A stretch of DNA of 64,000 nt from Octopus sinensis. Its lineage: Eukaryota. A program made the translations under genes and the position numbers. Location: the NCBI RefSeq assembly GCF_006345805.1, contig NC_043015.1, forward strand, positions 40,424,001 through 40,488,000, written 5' to 3'. Below, piece after piece: positions 1 through 10,889 of this stretch (position 1 is the first letter of the stretch; each line of letters starts with the position of its first letter). A model generated the notes under the pieces. The model saw only the letters and a list, made by a program, of their open reading frames with translations. It had not been told where the DNA came from and did no database searches.

Positions 1-684
1 ACGACAGGCTTCTTTCAGTTTCCGTCTACCAAATCCACTCACAAGGCATTGGTCGGCCCGAGGCTATAGCAGAAGACACTTGCCCAAGATGCCACACAGT
101 GGGACTGAACCCGGAACCATGTGGTTGGTTAGCAAGCTACTTACCACACAGCCACTCCTGAGACGCTGCACTAACAAAAGTTAAAGAACTCTGCTATAAG
201 ATGTTTATTTGAGACAATGTGGTGGCTGCAAGTAAGTCAACTCTTTGGTACCAGGAAAAATAAAGGACTTTTGGGGTTTTATTTTCTCTTGGTTTGGTTG
301 GGAGGAAAAGGAGTGAATTTATGGTCATTATAGGTTTGGTATGGAGGAAATGTATGTCGACGGTCTTTAGAAGTAGTGTAGAGGTGGCGAGGGTGGACAC
401 AATTTTTGGAGACTAATGAGGTGAACAGAGTTTATATTAAAAAATGACATTCTCGGGGAAGAAGGACTGGGTATCATGGTCGATGTGTGTATGTGTGTGG
501 GAGACAGCTGGATGAGAGGAGAGCAGTGGTGGTGGTGGTGGTCTTGGTGAGAGCCATGATAGATACAATAAAAGGTGGTAAGAGGGGCAGGAGGAGGAGG
601 AGGGGCCACGACTGGGTCAAGAAATGTAATGAAATGCCTCGGCTGAACAGCAACAAATTTTTTGTGTAGAGTTGTTGTACCTAC

Positions 685-857
685 CCCAATTTTGTTTGAA
701 CACTTCACTTGGAATAGATATGGTCGTCCTGGCAGAAGGCCAGCAACCACACAGTCTGTATCCCTGCCTTTGTACACTTCTCTGGTTGTGTTGTCTGGAG
801 ACACCATTTGGACAATATATTCTGTGATAGGGGAACCTCCATCGGTGACTGGAGGAC
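685..857 (-). CDS. FNDC3A: FNDC3 coding exon 15 (FN3 repeat 5); 3' boundary 685 or 681
   Basis: Acceptor tactttatttcag|GT. Reads (G)PPVTDGGSPITEYIVQMVSPDNTTREVYKGRDTDCVVAGLLPGRPYLFQVKCSNKIG. There are two possible donors, GGG|gtaggt (685) or GTAG|gtacaa (681), and the next exon is outside the window. Confidence 0.9.
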
Positions 858-1420
858 CTGAAATAAAGTACAAGAAAAAACTTGCAATGACTGTTTCGAT
901 TTAGTTTCAGTTTAACTAGTTCAGTTTCCAGCTGCTACTACAACCACTGATAATGCTACCTAGGGGCTGTTTAACCCCGAGTCAGCCCTGACTGAATAAG
1001 CCCACCTACTTCAAATAAATAAAGGGATCACAGTAGTTATTCAGTTTGCAAGGCATAGCAACCAAATCTCCTAAAAATCACACAGGTGTTTCAAAAACAA
1101 CTTGGTTGTTGGTTATACCATTACAGAAACACACAATATAATGGGTTTGTATTCTTTGAAGAAAGTTCCAAATAAAAAAAAGTCTTTAAAATTTTCGTCC
1201 TGTTTAACTTTCTATTTCCTGGTTTTAACAGCCCCAGACCTTCCTTAATTCAGACTTCACAGTGAACTACACACCCTGTGGACTATACACTGTGGTACCT
1301 ACTCACGGCTAAGTAGACTGGACTGTTGAGAGTTGAGTGTTTTGAGTATGGGCATTAGCAATATGAAACAATCAATTATGAACAGACATGTATAGGTACC
1401 ACAAACATTTTAGTCCACTG

Positions 1421-2063
1421 TAAAGCACCATCCGTACATGGCTGATGCCAGCGCCGCCTTGACTGGCTTCCGTGCTGGTGGCACGTAAAAAACACCAACC
1501 AATTGTGGCCGTTGCCAGCCTAACCTGACACCTAAAAAGCGCCAGCCGTACGTGGCCGATGCCAGCGCCGCCTTGACTGGCTTCCATGCTGGTGGCACGT
1601 AAAAAGCACCAACCAATTGTGGCCGTTGCCAGCCTAACCTGGCACCTAAAAACCACCAGCCGTACGTGGCCGATGCCAGTGCCGCCTTGACTGGCTTCCG
1701 TGCTGGTGGCACGTAAAAAACACCAACCAATTGTGGCCGTTGCCAGCCTAACCTGGCACCTAAAAAGCGCCAGCCGTACGTGGCCGATGCCAGCGCCGCC
1801 TTGACTGGCTTCCATGCTGGTGGCACGTAAAAAGCACCAACCGATCGTGGCCGTTTGCCAGCCTCGTCTGGCACCTGTGCAGGTGGCACGTAAAAAAACA
1901 CTCACTACACTCACAGAATGGTTGGCGTTAGGAAGGGCATCCAGCTGTAGAAACACTGCCAGATCAGACTGGAGCCTGGTGCAGCGTCTTGGCTTCCCAG
2001 ACCCCGGTGAACCATCCAACCCATGCTAGCATGGAAAACGGACGTTAAACGATGATGATGATG
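1421..2063 (+). mobile_element. RTE LINE 3'UTR fragment with a 114-bp-period module array and (GAT)n tail
   Basis: GCCAG(C/T)GCC recurs at 1447, 1561, 1675 and 1789. The terminal segment GTTGGCGTTAGGAAGGGCATCC...GGACGTTAAACGATGATG is shared with many copies in the window. Confidence 0.8.
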
Positions 2064-2537
2064 TATCAAAGGGAGCTACAGTGTATGTAGTACCTATGAA
2101 TATGTCAGCTCCTTGTTGATAGATTCCTGTCTCTAAGAGATGGTAAGAAACCCTCAAGAAGCTGAGCAGCAGAGGGTCTTCAGAGAAGACACTCCGCTCA
2201 GGCAAGTGTTTTGGCCCTTAATTCCTTACACTCCAAGAGGTGGGGCTGAGTCACATCCAGGTCAGGATTCCTTGGGTGCCTTTCTCCTGACACTTGTTAG
2301 CCACTTAGATAGTAGAGACTTGTGCTTTTAAACCCCTTGGAGATTTCCTCTCTGTTGACTCAGCTTTCAAAGTTATACTTAAAGAATAAAATAACATTGG
2401 TTGCCATGGTAGTGGTTAAATGTCAATGCTATTACAATGGCTCAGTTACTTAGACTAGCAAGATTTTCATGCCAACACCAGTCCTAGACCAGCTCCAGTA
2501 CTTTAGATTAAAAGTCTACTGAGCATTAGAATAATTA

Positions 2538-2732
2538 GAGAGAGTTTACGAAAAAAACAAAAGACGGAGACTGGTGGTGTACAAAGCAAACAGATGTATT
2601 AGTATAATGCTCAGGAATAGAAAAAGTCTTTTATGTTTCGAGCCTACGCTCTTCTACAGAAAGGGACACAGAAAAAAAAACAAGGAGAGAAAAAAAAAAT
2701 GTGTGTAGTGGCTAACGATCTATCATGGCGAC
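2538..2732 (-). mobile_element. Penelope-type short insertion with hammerhead-like motif, next to the exon 14 donor
   Basis: 12-bp TSD TTAGAATAATTA (2526-2537 and 2733-2744). Minus strand 2667-2626 reads CTTT-CTGTAGA-A-GAGC-gtag-GCTC-GAAAC-AT-A-AAAG. Confidence 0.65.
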
Positions 2733-2749
2733 TTAGAATAATTACTTAC

Positions 2750-2855
2750 CCCATCGTAAATGTAGAGAAGTAGCTTTTGGTTTACCCTGAAGTTTGGGAG
2801 GTTGGCTTTGCCCTGGAATCACAGCTGGTGTTGTTACTGATATAGAATCTGAAAA
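2750..2855 (-). CDS. FNDC3A: FNDC3 coding exon 14, 106 nt, phase 0 to 1
   Basis: Acceptor ttttgcag|TTT, donor TGGG|gtaagt. Reads FSDSISVTTPAVIPGQSQPPKLQGKPKATSLHLRW. Confidence 0.95.
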
Positions 2856-3551
2856 CTGCAAAAAAAAAAAAACAAGAATTTACATCAGAAACGATTCTGT
2901 TGAGACGATGAGGGTTTGATGACAAATAAGTCAGCAAACTGTTAAAATATTTTCCACTTAATTATGTCGCGACACTCCCCATTGTGCCATTCTCGCTCCC
3001 CTTTAATTCTCTCGTTCTCTTTTGAAGGGTGATGTGTCATCTACTTGCCGAGGCACCGACTGAAAAGCGATCATGGAATCAGTGGTCCAGATCCCTTTTA
3101 CAAGTCATGTGACCACTTCTACACCAAAAGAAATTATGCTGAGGATCATCTCTATGCCACTGCTTAATCTACAAGATATAGCAGTAGAACTGTCCCTCAA
3201 ACCATACTGTACCATCTTAAACAAGAAAGGATCCATTAGATAGTGTATTACTAGGAAACAGGTCAGATGGTCATGGTTGGAATGTCTTTTATCAGGGATC
3301 AGTTCATTCAGGGACTATCTGTGGCAAACAAGTAGGGTTGGTTCTCACCATAAATGTTCTTTGGAGATCAGTGAAGTCCAAATGGAGTTTGATCCCATCA
3401 CACAGGGTTTTCTCACAGATCAAAGGATCATAAATGAGACCCTCTTGAACTGGAAGGGTTTTTTTAAATCCCCAAATAAGTATCAAAGCAAATGAATTGT
3501 ATTCCATACTCCCAACTCAAGGTTCCAATATTTTAGGGATCATATACTTAC

Positions 3552-3664
3552 ATCACTTTTACCTCCTGGTCCCGAACACGCTACGTGGACATTGTATGTA
3601 CCTCCAGGGATCAAACCGTCGCAGGAACATTCCAGTTCAGCCCCGTTATAAATATTTCGGAAAC
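3552..3664 (-). CDS. FNDC3A: FNDC3 coding exon 13, 113 nt, phase 1 to 0
   Basis: Acceptor tttttttgcag|GT, donor GAT|gtaagt. Reads (G)FRNIYNGAELECSCDGLIPGGTYNVHVACSGPGGKSD; follows a 12.6-kb intron. Confidence 0.95.
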
Positions 3665-5045
3665 CTGCAAAAAAAGAAAGATAGTTCTAGCTTTAGAATA
3701 TAAAAAAAGGGGCAGCAGAGGGTTACATCAAGTGTTGGGGGTGGGCGTGTGTGTATCTTGTTCATGGGATTTTTCTGTGCAGTAGTGGACTGATTGTAGC
3801 AGAAGTGGTGGTGGTCGTAGTGGAGGGGATGATGGTGTTATTGTATTAATGAAAGTGGATCACAGTGGTGGTAGTAGTAGTATTATTTATACTACTGCTA
3901 CTACTACTACTAGTAGTAGTGTTCTAAGCTGTTTGTTTGCTATCTATTTTACATGACCATTGCTAGGACACTTGCTGGTGGGCTGTTTTAGACAGACTGG
4001 ACACAGACAAGTGTGTATGTATAATTACATTAGCGGTCGTTAAGCACCTGGCTGTCTTCATTTATATTGAATCAGGGAAGTCTTGTCGAAAAAGCTGTTG
4101 TTGTTGTTGTTGTTGTTGCTGTTTCTCAACTGACCGCTGCAGGCTAGAACAAACCAGACCAGACTACAATGTTGGTCATCAGCCGATGCTGAGATTATAT
4201 TGGTCAAATTTCTAGAACTTTCACAGCACAATTCTAACATGTCTTCTTCTGTCTTCGATATCCAAAATGTGGGGAAGGTGTGGCGGAAAGAAACTCTCCA
4301 TAGCAACCAAGTCCCCACCACCACCACCACACCACACCACACACTCTTCCTTCTGGTGTCCAGTAACTGACCTTTGCTTGTGGAAGGCGGTTCAGGGGAT
4401 TACTTACAAGACACATATACCAAGTTCAATCTCCGAATCAGTTTACTGTGTCATATGCCCCCCCCCCCCCCCCCCGCGCACACCCCACCCCACCCCTCGC
4501 CTCTCTAGGACACCTCATTCCTTCCCTCTCCCCCTCCTCCTCCAGCTTGTGCTGAATCACTTCCACTCCTACTTCACGCTCCACTGCCCACAACTAACCA
4601 TAAACAACCAGCTGTAAGCAAACATACAAAGATTCCAAAGAAAACCCTCCCATATTTTATATGGTCTTTGGTTCGGCGCTCCTCGAGTTACTCTTTTATT
4701 CTTTCCATGGTTTCGGTTTCAGGATTGCAGCCATGCTGGAGCACCACCTCGATTTATTGCTGGCAGAAAAGCACGCCGGGCGAAATGCGTAGCCGTATTT
4801 CGTCTGCCATTATGTTCTGAGTTCAAATTCCGCCAAAGTCAACTTTGCCTTTCATCCTGGAACCATGTAGTTGGGAAGCAAGCTTCTTCCCACAGAGCCA
4901 CTCCTGCACCTATTGTTCATTTTTGTTTCAATAGAGGTCCCTTTAGTATTTCTGATTTCTTAAGTTAGGCACTTGAACAGTTGAGGACCCCTAAATATCA
5001 GACATTAAAGTGCTTTTTTTTGTAATGGTATTTTCTTGTAGTTAA

Positions 5046-7988
5046 GGTTGGAGGGAGGTGGAGGGATCAGCCAAAACTGGCCAACACTGTTGTTGGAGGG
5101 GAAGTGGTATGGAGATGGTCATGGTTGGGTGGGTCTTGAAATTACTTGGTGTAATTAGTAATCACTAATAGTGGTGGTCATGGTAGGAGGGGAATTGAGC
5201 CCATGACACAGTTTCCAGTGTCACTCCACTCACTTTCACCATTGTTAGCTATTTCCTTTCACCATGTTGTTGGTTCAAACCGGATAAAAGACAGGAAATG
5301 GATGAAGGCCACTGCTTCTTAGCGATTCTGCTGAGAAAATTCATTCCTTCAGGAGACCCTTAGAAACCACAAAGACAAACTGGAAATAATAAAGGAGGAT
5401 GATGATGATGATAAATAACAGGGCTTCTTATATAGTGACCCAACTTGCTAGAAATAACAACTAAGTCTCCTTTAAAGCTAACCCTGCTGTGTTTTTTTTT
5501 TAAAAAGGAAGGACATAGATACACTATGTCTGATGAAAAGGCAGTCCTATCTATGACTGGGTCTAGTGGATCAGACATGACCTGGGGTTAACCCCAGCCT
5601 CCTTACCATCAGGGTTTGGAGAGTACACACCATGTATTTGTTGTTGGAAAGTTTATCAAAAACTGTGAACGTGGGAGGTCTTATTTTTCTGCATCCTGTA
5701 TTTCAACAACAACAATGAAACCATCCAAACTTGGAAAATCATGGGAAAATCTTAAGTAAAAAACAGCCTCTGTGTGTGTGTGTGTTTTCCATTTTTGTTT
5801 TGTAAGATTTTTGATGTGAAACTTGTGTGTTGAGGAGTTTGTGAATGGAAGGATTCTTACAAACCAAATCAAACAGATTGATTGATTGATTGATTGACCA
5901 AACAAATAAGTAGCTGATTAGTTAATTGGTTTATTGATTAACTAGTTCGTTACCATCACCACCACCACCACCACTAATGGTGGTGGTGGTCACTCCGAAA
6001 AGCTCTATCTGCAACGATTTCATCTCAATCGAAGGAGAGGGGCTTTCTCTGTCCGGGTTGCGGATCCATGGAATAAGCTGCTGGACGAGTTAGTGAAGAT
6101 GCCGACGACCGCTTGGTTCAAAGTCTCTCTTGACCACAAATGGCCTGAACTTTTTGCATGAACACCACCCTGTACATAACTCCATGTCCTTGCTTTTTGC
6201 CTTTTGAGCCAAAAAATTAACTAACTAACAAACTAACTAATGGTTTCCAATTTTTGGCACAAGGCCAGAAATTTCGGGGGAAGGGTTAAGTCAATTAGAT
6301 CAACCTTGAAAGGATGAAAGGCAAAGTCCACCTTGGCAGCATTTGAACTCAGAACATATAGATGGACAAATTGCTGCCAGGCATTTTACCCAGCATGCTA
6401 ACAACTCTGCCAGCTTGCCACCTTGTTGTTTTTGTTGTTGATGATAAGAAGAAAACAAAGAAATGCACATGTCTCCTACAGACAAAAATGACCCTCCCAA
6501 AATAGAACATCTCCCTCTCTCTCTTTCTTAATATATATATGTATGTATATACATGTACACAAACTTACATATCACCCTCTTTCTCTCCCTATACACACAC
6601 ACACACTTGCTGGCATATATGCCTATTTATCTATCGACCTAACTGGGTGTAGAGAGCAAGATAGGATGGGGGGGGAGTGACACTGCTGGGCAGGGAACGG
6701 GGTGGGGGGCACAATAATGGATGCTACATGTTTGCGGTTGGGGAGAGCAAGACAATGGTGAAGAAGGAGAGATGGAGATCCAAGGGGGAGGGAGTGATGG
6801 TAGAGTATTATCAGATTTGGCGTTAGGAAGGGCATCCAGCTGTAGAAACATTGCCAGATCAGACTGGGCCTGGTGCAGCCTTCTGGCTTCCCAGACCCCA
6901 GTTGCACCGTCCAACCCATGCTAGCATGGAAAGCGGACGCTAAATGATGATGATGATGATGAAGAATCCACTGCAGTGTGTGTGTGTGTGTGTGTGTTTT
7001 ATAGGAATGACTGTGTATGTTAGGAGAAAATGGAAAGCTACGGTAAACTCCTCCAACCCGAAAAGAAAGAAATGATAAATGCAATGATAGATACAAAATA
7101 CACACACACACATATATTATATATGTATATATATATATATATATATATACATACATACATACAGAGAGAAAGAGAGGAAGATAAAGAGAAAGTGTGTTAT
7201 AAGAGGATGTGTGGAGAGGTATTTAGGTCTACAAGAGGGTGGTGGTGGTGGTGATGGTGCAGATGAAACCCCAGGGAAATGACAAGGAAGAAGGGTGTGC
7301 CAAACCCAATACACCATGTAATGAGGTCAGTCAGTACAGAGAGAGAGAGAGAGAGAGAGTGGGGTGGTGGCAGGAGGAATACAAACTCCCACCTCACCCA
7401 CTTCTCTCCTCCTCCCCTAACACCACCACCACCACCAGGTTGGAGGGGGGGAGGGAGGTGGTGGTGGGGGATCAGCCAAAACTGGCCAACACTGTTGTTG
7501 GAAGGGAAGTGGTAGGGAGATGGTCATGGTTGGGTGGGTCTTGAAATTACTTGGTGTAATTAGTAATCAGTAACAGTGGTGGTGTGGTGGTCATGGTAGG
7601 AGGGGAATTGAGCCCATGACACAGTTTGCAGTGCCACTCCACTCACTTTCACCATGTTGTTGGTTCAAACCGGATAAAAGACAGAAAATGGATGAAGGCC
7701 ACTGCTTCTTAGCGATTCTGCTGAGAAAATTCATTCCTTCGGGAGACCCTTAGAAACCACAAATACAAACTGGAAATGATAAAGGAGGATGATGATGATG
7801 ATGATGATAAATAACAGGGCTTCTTATATAGTGACCCAACCTGCTAGAAATAACAGCCAAGTCTCCTTTAAAGCTACCCCTGCTGTGTTTTTTTTAAAAA
7901 AAAGGAAGGACATAGATACAGTATGTCTGATGAAAAGGCAGTCCTATCTATGACTGGGTCTAGTGGATCAGACATGACCTGGGGTTAA
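5046..7988 (+). repeat. Local direct duplication: 5046-5591 repeated at 7438-7988
   Basis: About 550 bp of near-identical sequence from GGTTGGAGGG to GACATGACCTGGGGTTAA. Confidence 0.9.
5982..6235 (+). mobile_element. 5'-truncated CR1-clade LINE 3' end
   Basis: Open frame GHSEKLYLQRFHLNRRRGAFSVRVADPWNKLLDELVKMPTTAWFKVSLDHKWPELFA* (CR1 ORF2 C-terminal motif), (AACT)n tail and 9-bp TSD ACTAATGGT at 5973-5981 and 6236-6244. Confidence 0.85.
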
Positions 7989-9203
7989 GCAAGCTAGCAA
8001 CAAGGGAGTCACAATGTGGTCTGCAAGCAAAAGTAGCTAAATGTCCCTTAAATGACTCCCCCATTATCTTAAAAAAAAAAAGAGAAAGGACACATCGGAT
8101 CTTGTAGTCCTCAATACACTTATACCTCTTTCAAAAGCAAAGATACACCCATCATAACTGAAATGTATGATAGTAGGTCTACTTAATCAAGGGGTTGACC
8201 TAGGGTTCAACAGGATTTGGTGAGGGAATGTGAAGGGAACGCAACGAAATATTTTCAAGGACAAGGACCACAAATTTTGAAGGGGGTTGAGTGTGTATAA
8301 TCAAATTGACTCCTTTCCTTCCCCCAGCACATGACTGGTATTCATTTGACCCCTTTTTTATAAGTTTTTCCATGCTTGTTTCCAGACTTTTAGTTAAATT
8401 AACCCCTTTTTTCATCCATTCTGGGTAATATAAAGCTTTCCTTTCATAAGGGCCAAGTTACTCTGGTGGTTGCAAAAAAAACCCTAAAAGAATTGTTAAT
8501 GTGTATCATATGTGATATGGGATAGGAAAAAGGGTCAAAGAACCTGCAAATAAACACAGGAACAGGGTTCCTTGGGCCCACACTTCACCCCCTTCGACCC
8601 ATATACACCTGCCTCTATTCTAGGCCCTGTTCACTTCCAACTCCCCACAGCTAACAAGAAAGGGATCAAAGGAGCATAAAAAGGATCAGCTTGTTGTTTA
8701 ATTTTAGGTCATTTATAATTGAACATATGGTATGATCAAAAGGCGTTCTGGCCATGACCATCACTCCATCACTTGCTTTTTTTTCCTTCGTCCAGACATT
8801 GTGTATCTTGGACTATATAAGCCCACGTCCTTCCTTTTTTAAAGTGATTTAGCTGCTTTTTCTACAAGATCAAGCAACAATGGACAGGGTTCTTCACTGC
8901 CCACCACCACCACCTCCATCACCCCTTCCCCCCACTGATTAATAAAGCATTGGTGGGGGAGTGGAGGTGGTGGTGAAAGAAGGAGGGGAGGCGGTAGACA
9001 GACACCACCAGGGGACAGCACAGGGCTCCACTCACCCTTCCTACTGTTTATATAGCTGTGAGAAGGGAGGGAGGGCGGACAGGTTGAAGAGAGATGGGGG
9101 GGTGAGAGGAGGGAGAGGCATGGCGGGAGGGGGGAAGTTATGGATATATGAAACATAAACAAGATATTGTTTAACTATAACAGTCGAGGTCTTAAGGACA
9201 CAC

Positions 9204-9204
<1 letters not shown>

Positions 9205-9244
<40 letters not shown>

Positions 9245-9500
9245 AAAGAGGCTAGACTATAAGTGCCACATACACGTATGTGTATGATGTATGTTTTATG
9301 TATGTGTGTGTATGGTAAACACACACACACAGACACATATACACACACACTTACACACACACACACATATATATACACACACACACATACACACACACAC
9401 ACATATACACACACACATACACACACACATATACACACACACATATACACACACACACACACATACACACATATATACACACACACATATACACACACAC
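9205..9500. repeat. (GA)n plus compound (CA/TA)n microsatellite; similar tracts at ~14005-14210, 38030-38235, 42755-42985, 45855-45945 and 61430-61655
   Basis: Direct reading. Confidence 0.95.
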
Positions 9501-9989
9501 TGTTTAAATACTGTAGGACAAGAGAGAGAGGAAATGGTTACGTGACAAAGAGAATGAATGGTTAAGAATAAAATATGAAATTATAGACACACAGACATGT
9601 ATATGCGTGTGTGGGGTGTGTGTGTGTGTGTATAAATATCATAACAAGAGACTGTTTAAATAAAGCAAGAAGATAAACAGGAGAGGGGAAAGTAGCTTGA
9701 GAAGAGACAATGTGTGTGTGTGGTGGTGTGTGTGTGTATGTATGTGTGGTGGTGGTGGTGTGTGTCACTGGTTAGGTAGGAGTGAAGAAAGGGCAGTTAC
9801 CCCTTGGCTTCTGCCGACGACCCTCCAACACCAGCCACATCGGCGGGAGCTGGGTTTTTTTTTTCCCACATGAAAAGGAAGTCGGACAGCTGCAGGAAAT
9901 TCCAGAGGGACAACACTCTCGTGAGGAAGGACTGGGCGTAGATATTAGTGCAGCGTTGGGGGAGAGGGGAGGACAGGTATAATGCAGAA

Positions 9990-10222
9990 GGGCGGCGAGC
10001 TGGCAGAATCGTTAGCACGCCGGACGAAATGCTTAGCGGTATTTCGTCTGCCGGTACGTTCTGAGTTCAAATTCCCCCGAGGTCGACTTTGCCTTTCATC
10101 CTTCCGGGGTCGATTAAATAAGTACCAGTTACGCACTGGGGTCGATGTAATCGACTTAATACCTATGTCTGGCCTTGTTTGTCCCCTCTGTGTAGCCCCT
10201 TGTGGGTAACAAAGAAATAGGT
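9990..10222 (+). mobile_element. tRNA-derived SINE family B, full-length copy
   Basis: GGCGGCGAGCTGGCAGAATCGTTAGCACG...GAGTTCAAATTC (B box)...CACTGGGGTCGATGTAATCGACT. Other copies at about 6245-6425-, 20955-21170+, 21905-22085-, 23859-24083-, 28600-29000- (x2), 33640-33870-, 39315-39760- (x2), 51490-52050+ (x3), 53140-53345- and 53985-54200+. Confidence 0.85.
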
Positions 10223-10889
10223 ATAATGCAGACGAGGTTGGGGGTGGGGAGGTGGAGAAAACGGAGACAGTGTATTTGAGTAGGGGGTGGGGGTGGCACA
10301 AAACCAGCGAGCTCCATGGAGCAGAAGCTACTGTAGTAGTGGTAGGAAAAGGCCGAGAGAGAGGACACAGCGCATGTTGGTGGACGGGAGATTGGTTTGG
10401 GGGATTGGTGCTAGTGAGTGACTTTACACTAACAAATGGAGTAGTCTTTCTTAGGGTATGTTCTAAAAATGTGTGTGTAGCAACAGCATCATCCTAGATG
10501 TAGGATTATCGGCACTCCATCGTGGGTCTCACCTGCATTGGGGTGGGGTGAAATATTTTCTATCCTCGAAGAGGATGACCAGTCTTTGTTGAAGATGTGT
10601 GCATTTGTCAGAAAGAGACCCTCAGTGATCTGCAAGGCTCAGAGTTTGATGTGATTGTGAGGATTCTAGTCGGGTGCTGGTGACACGCAAAAGGCACCCA
10701 GCACACTCTCTTGAGCAGTTGGCATTAGGAAGGGCATCCGGCCGTACAAACCATGCCAAGATAGACATGAAGCCTGGGCAACCAGTTGGCCCGCTCCATG
10801 TGAAACTGTCTAACCCATGCCAGCATGGAAAGTGGATGTCAAATGATGATGATGAAATGGATGGTTGTGGTAATTTCTTGATAAGTTCT

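Noticed and set aside
1421-1900. CRISPR-like repeat-spacer array
   Set aside because: The context is eukaryotic, the spacers are mutually homologous and recurrent, no cas genes are present, and the array is attached to a LINE tail.
1372-2019. 215-aa and 163-aa repetitive ORFs
   Set aside because: They arise from the 114-bp-period RTE 3'UTR array (114 is divisible by 3); no splice or homology support.
2915-3062. Possible C/D-box snoRNA (TGATGA ... CTGA)
   Set aside because: It is antisense to the host gene, has no terminal stem, and the boxes are common by chance.
5526-5580. CTGATGA within a nested hairpin (also at ~7923-7977)
   Set aside because: There is no GAAA after the inner stem, so it is not a hammerhead; it is part of an old SINE-like repeat.
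5046-7988. LTR retrotransposon interpretation of the direct repeats
   Set aside because: No TG...CA ends, PBS, PPT, TSD or gag/pol remnants.
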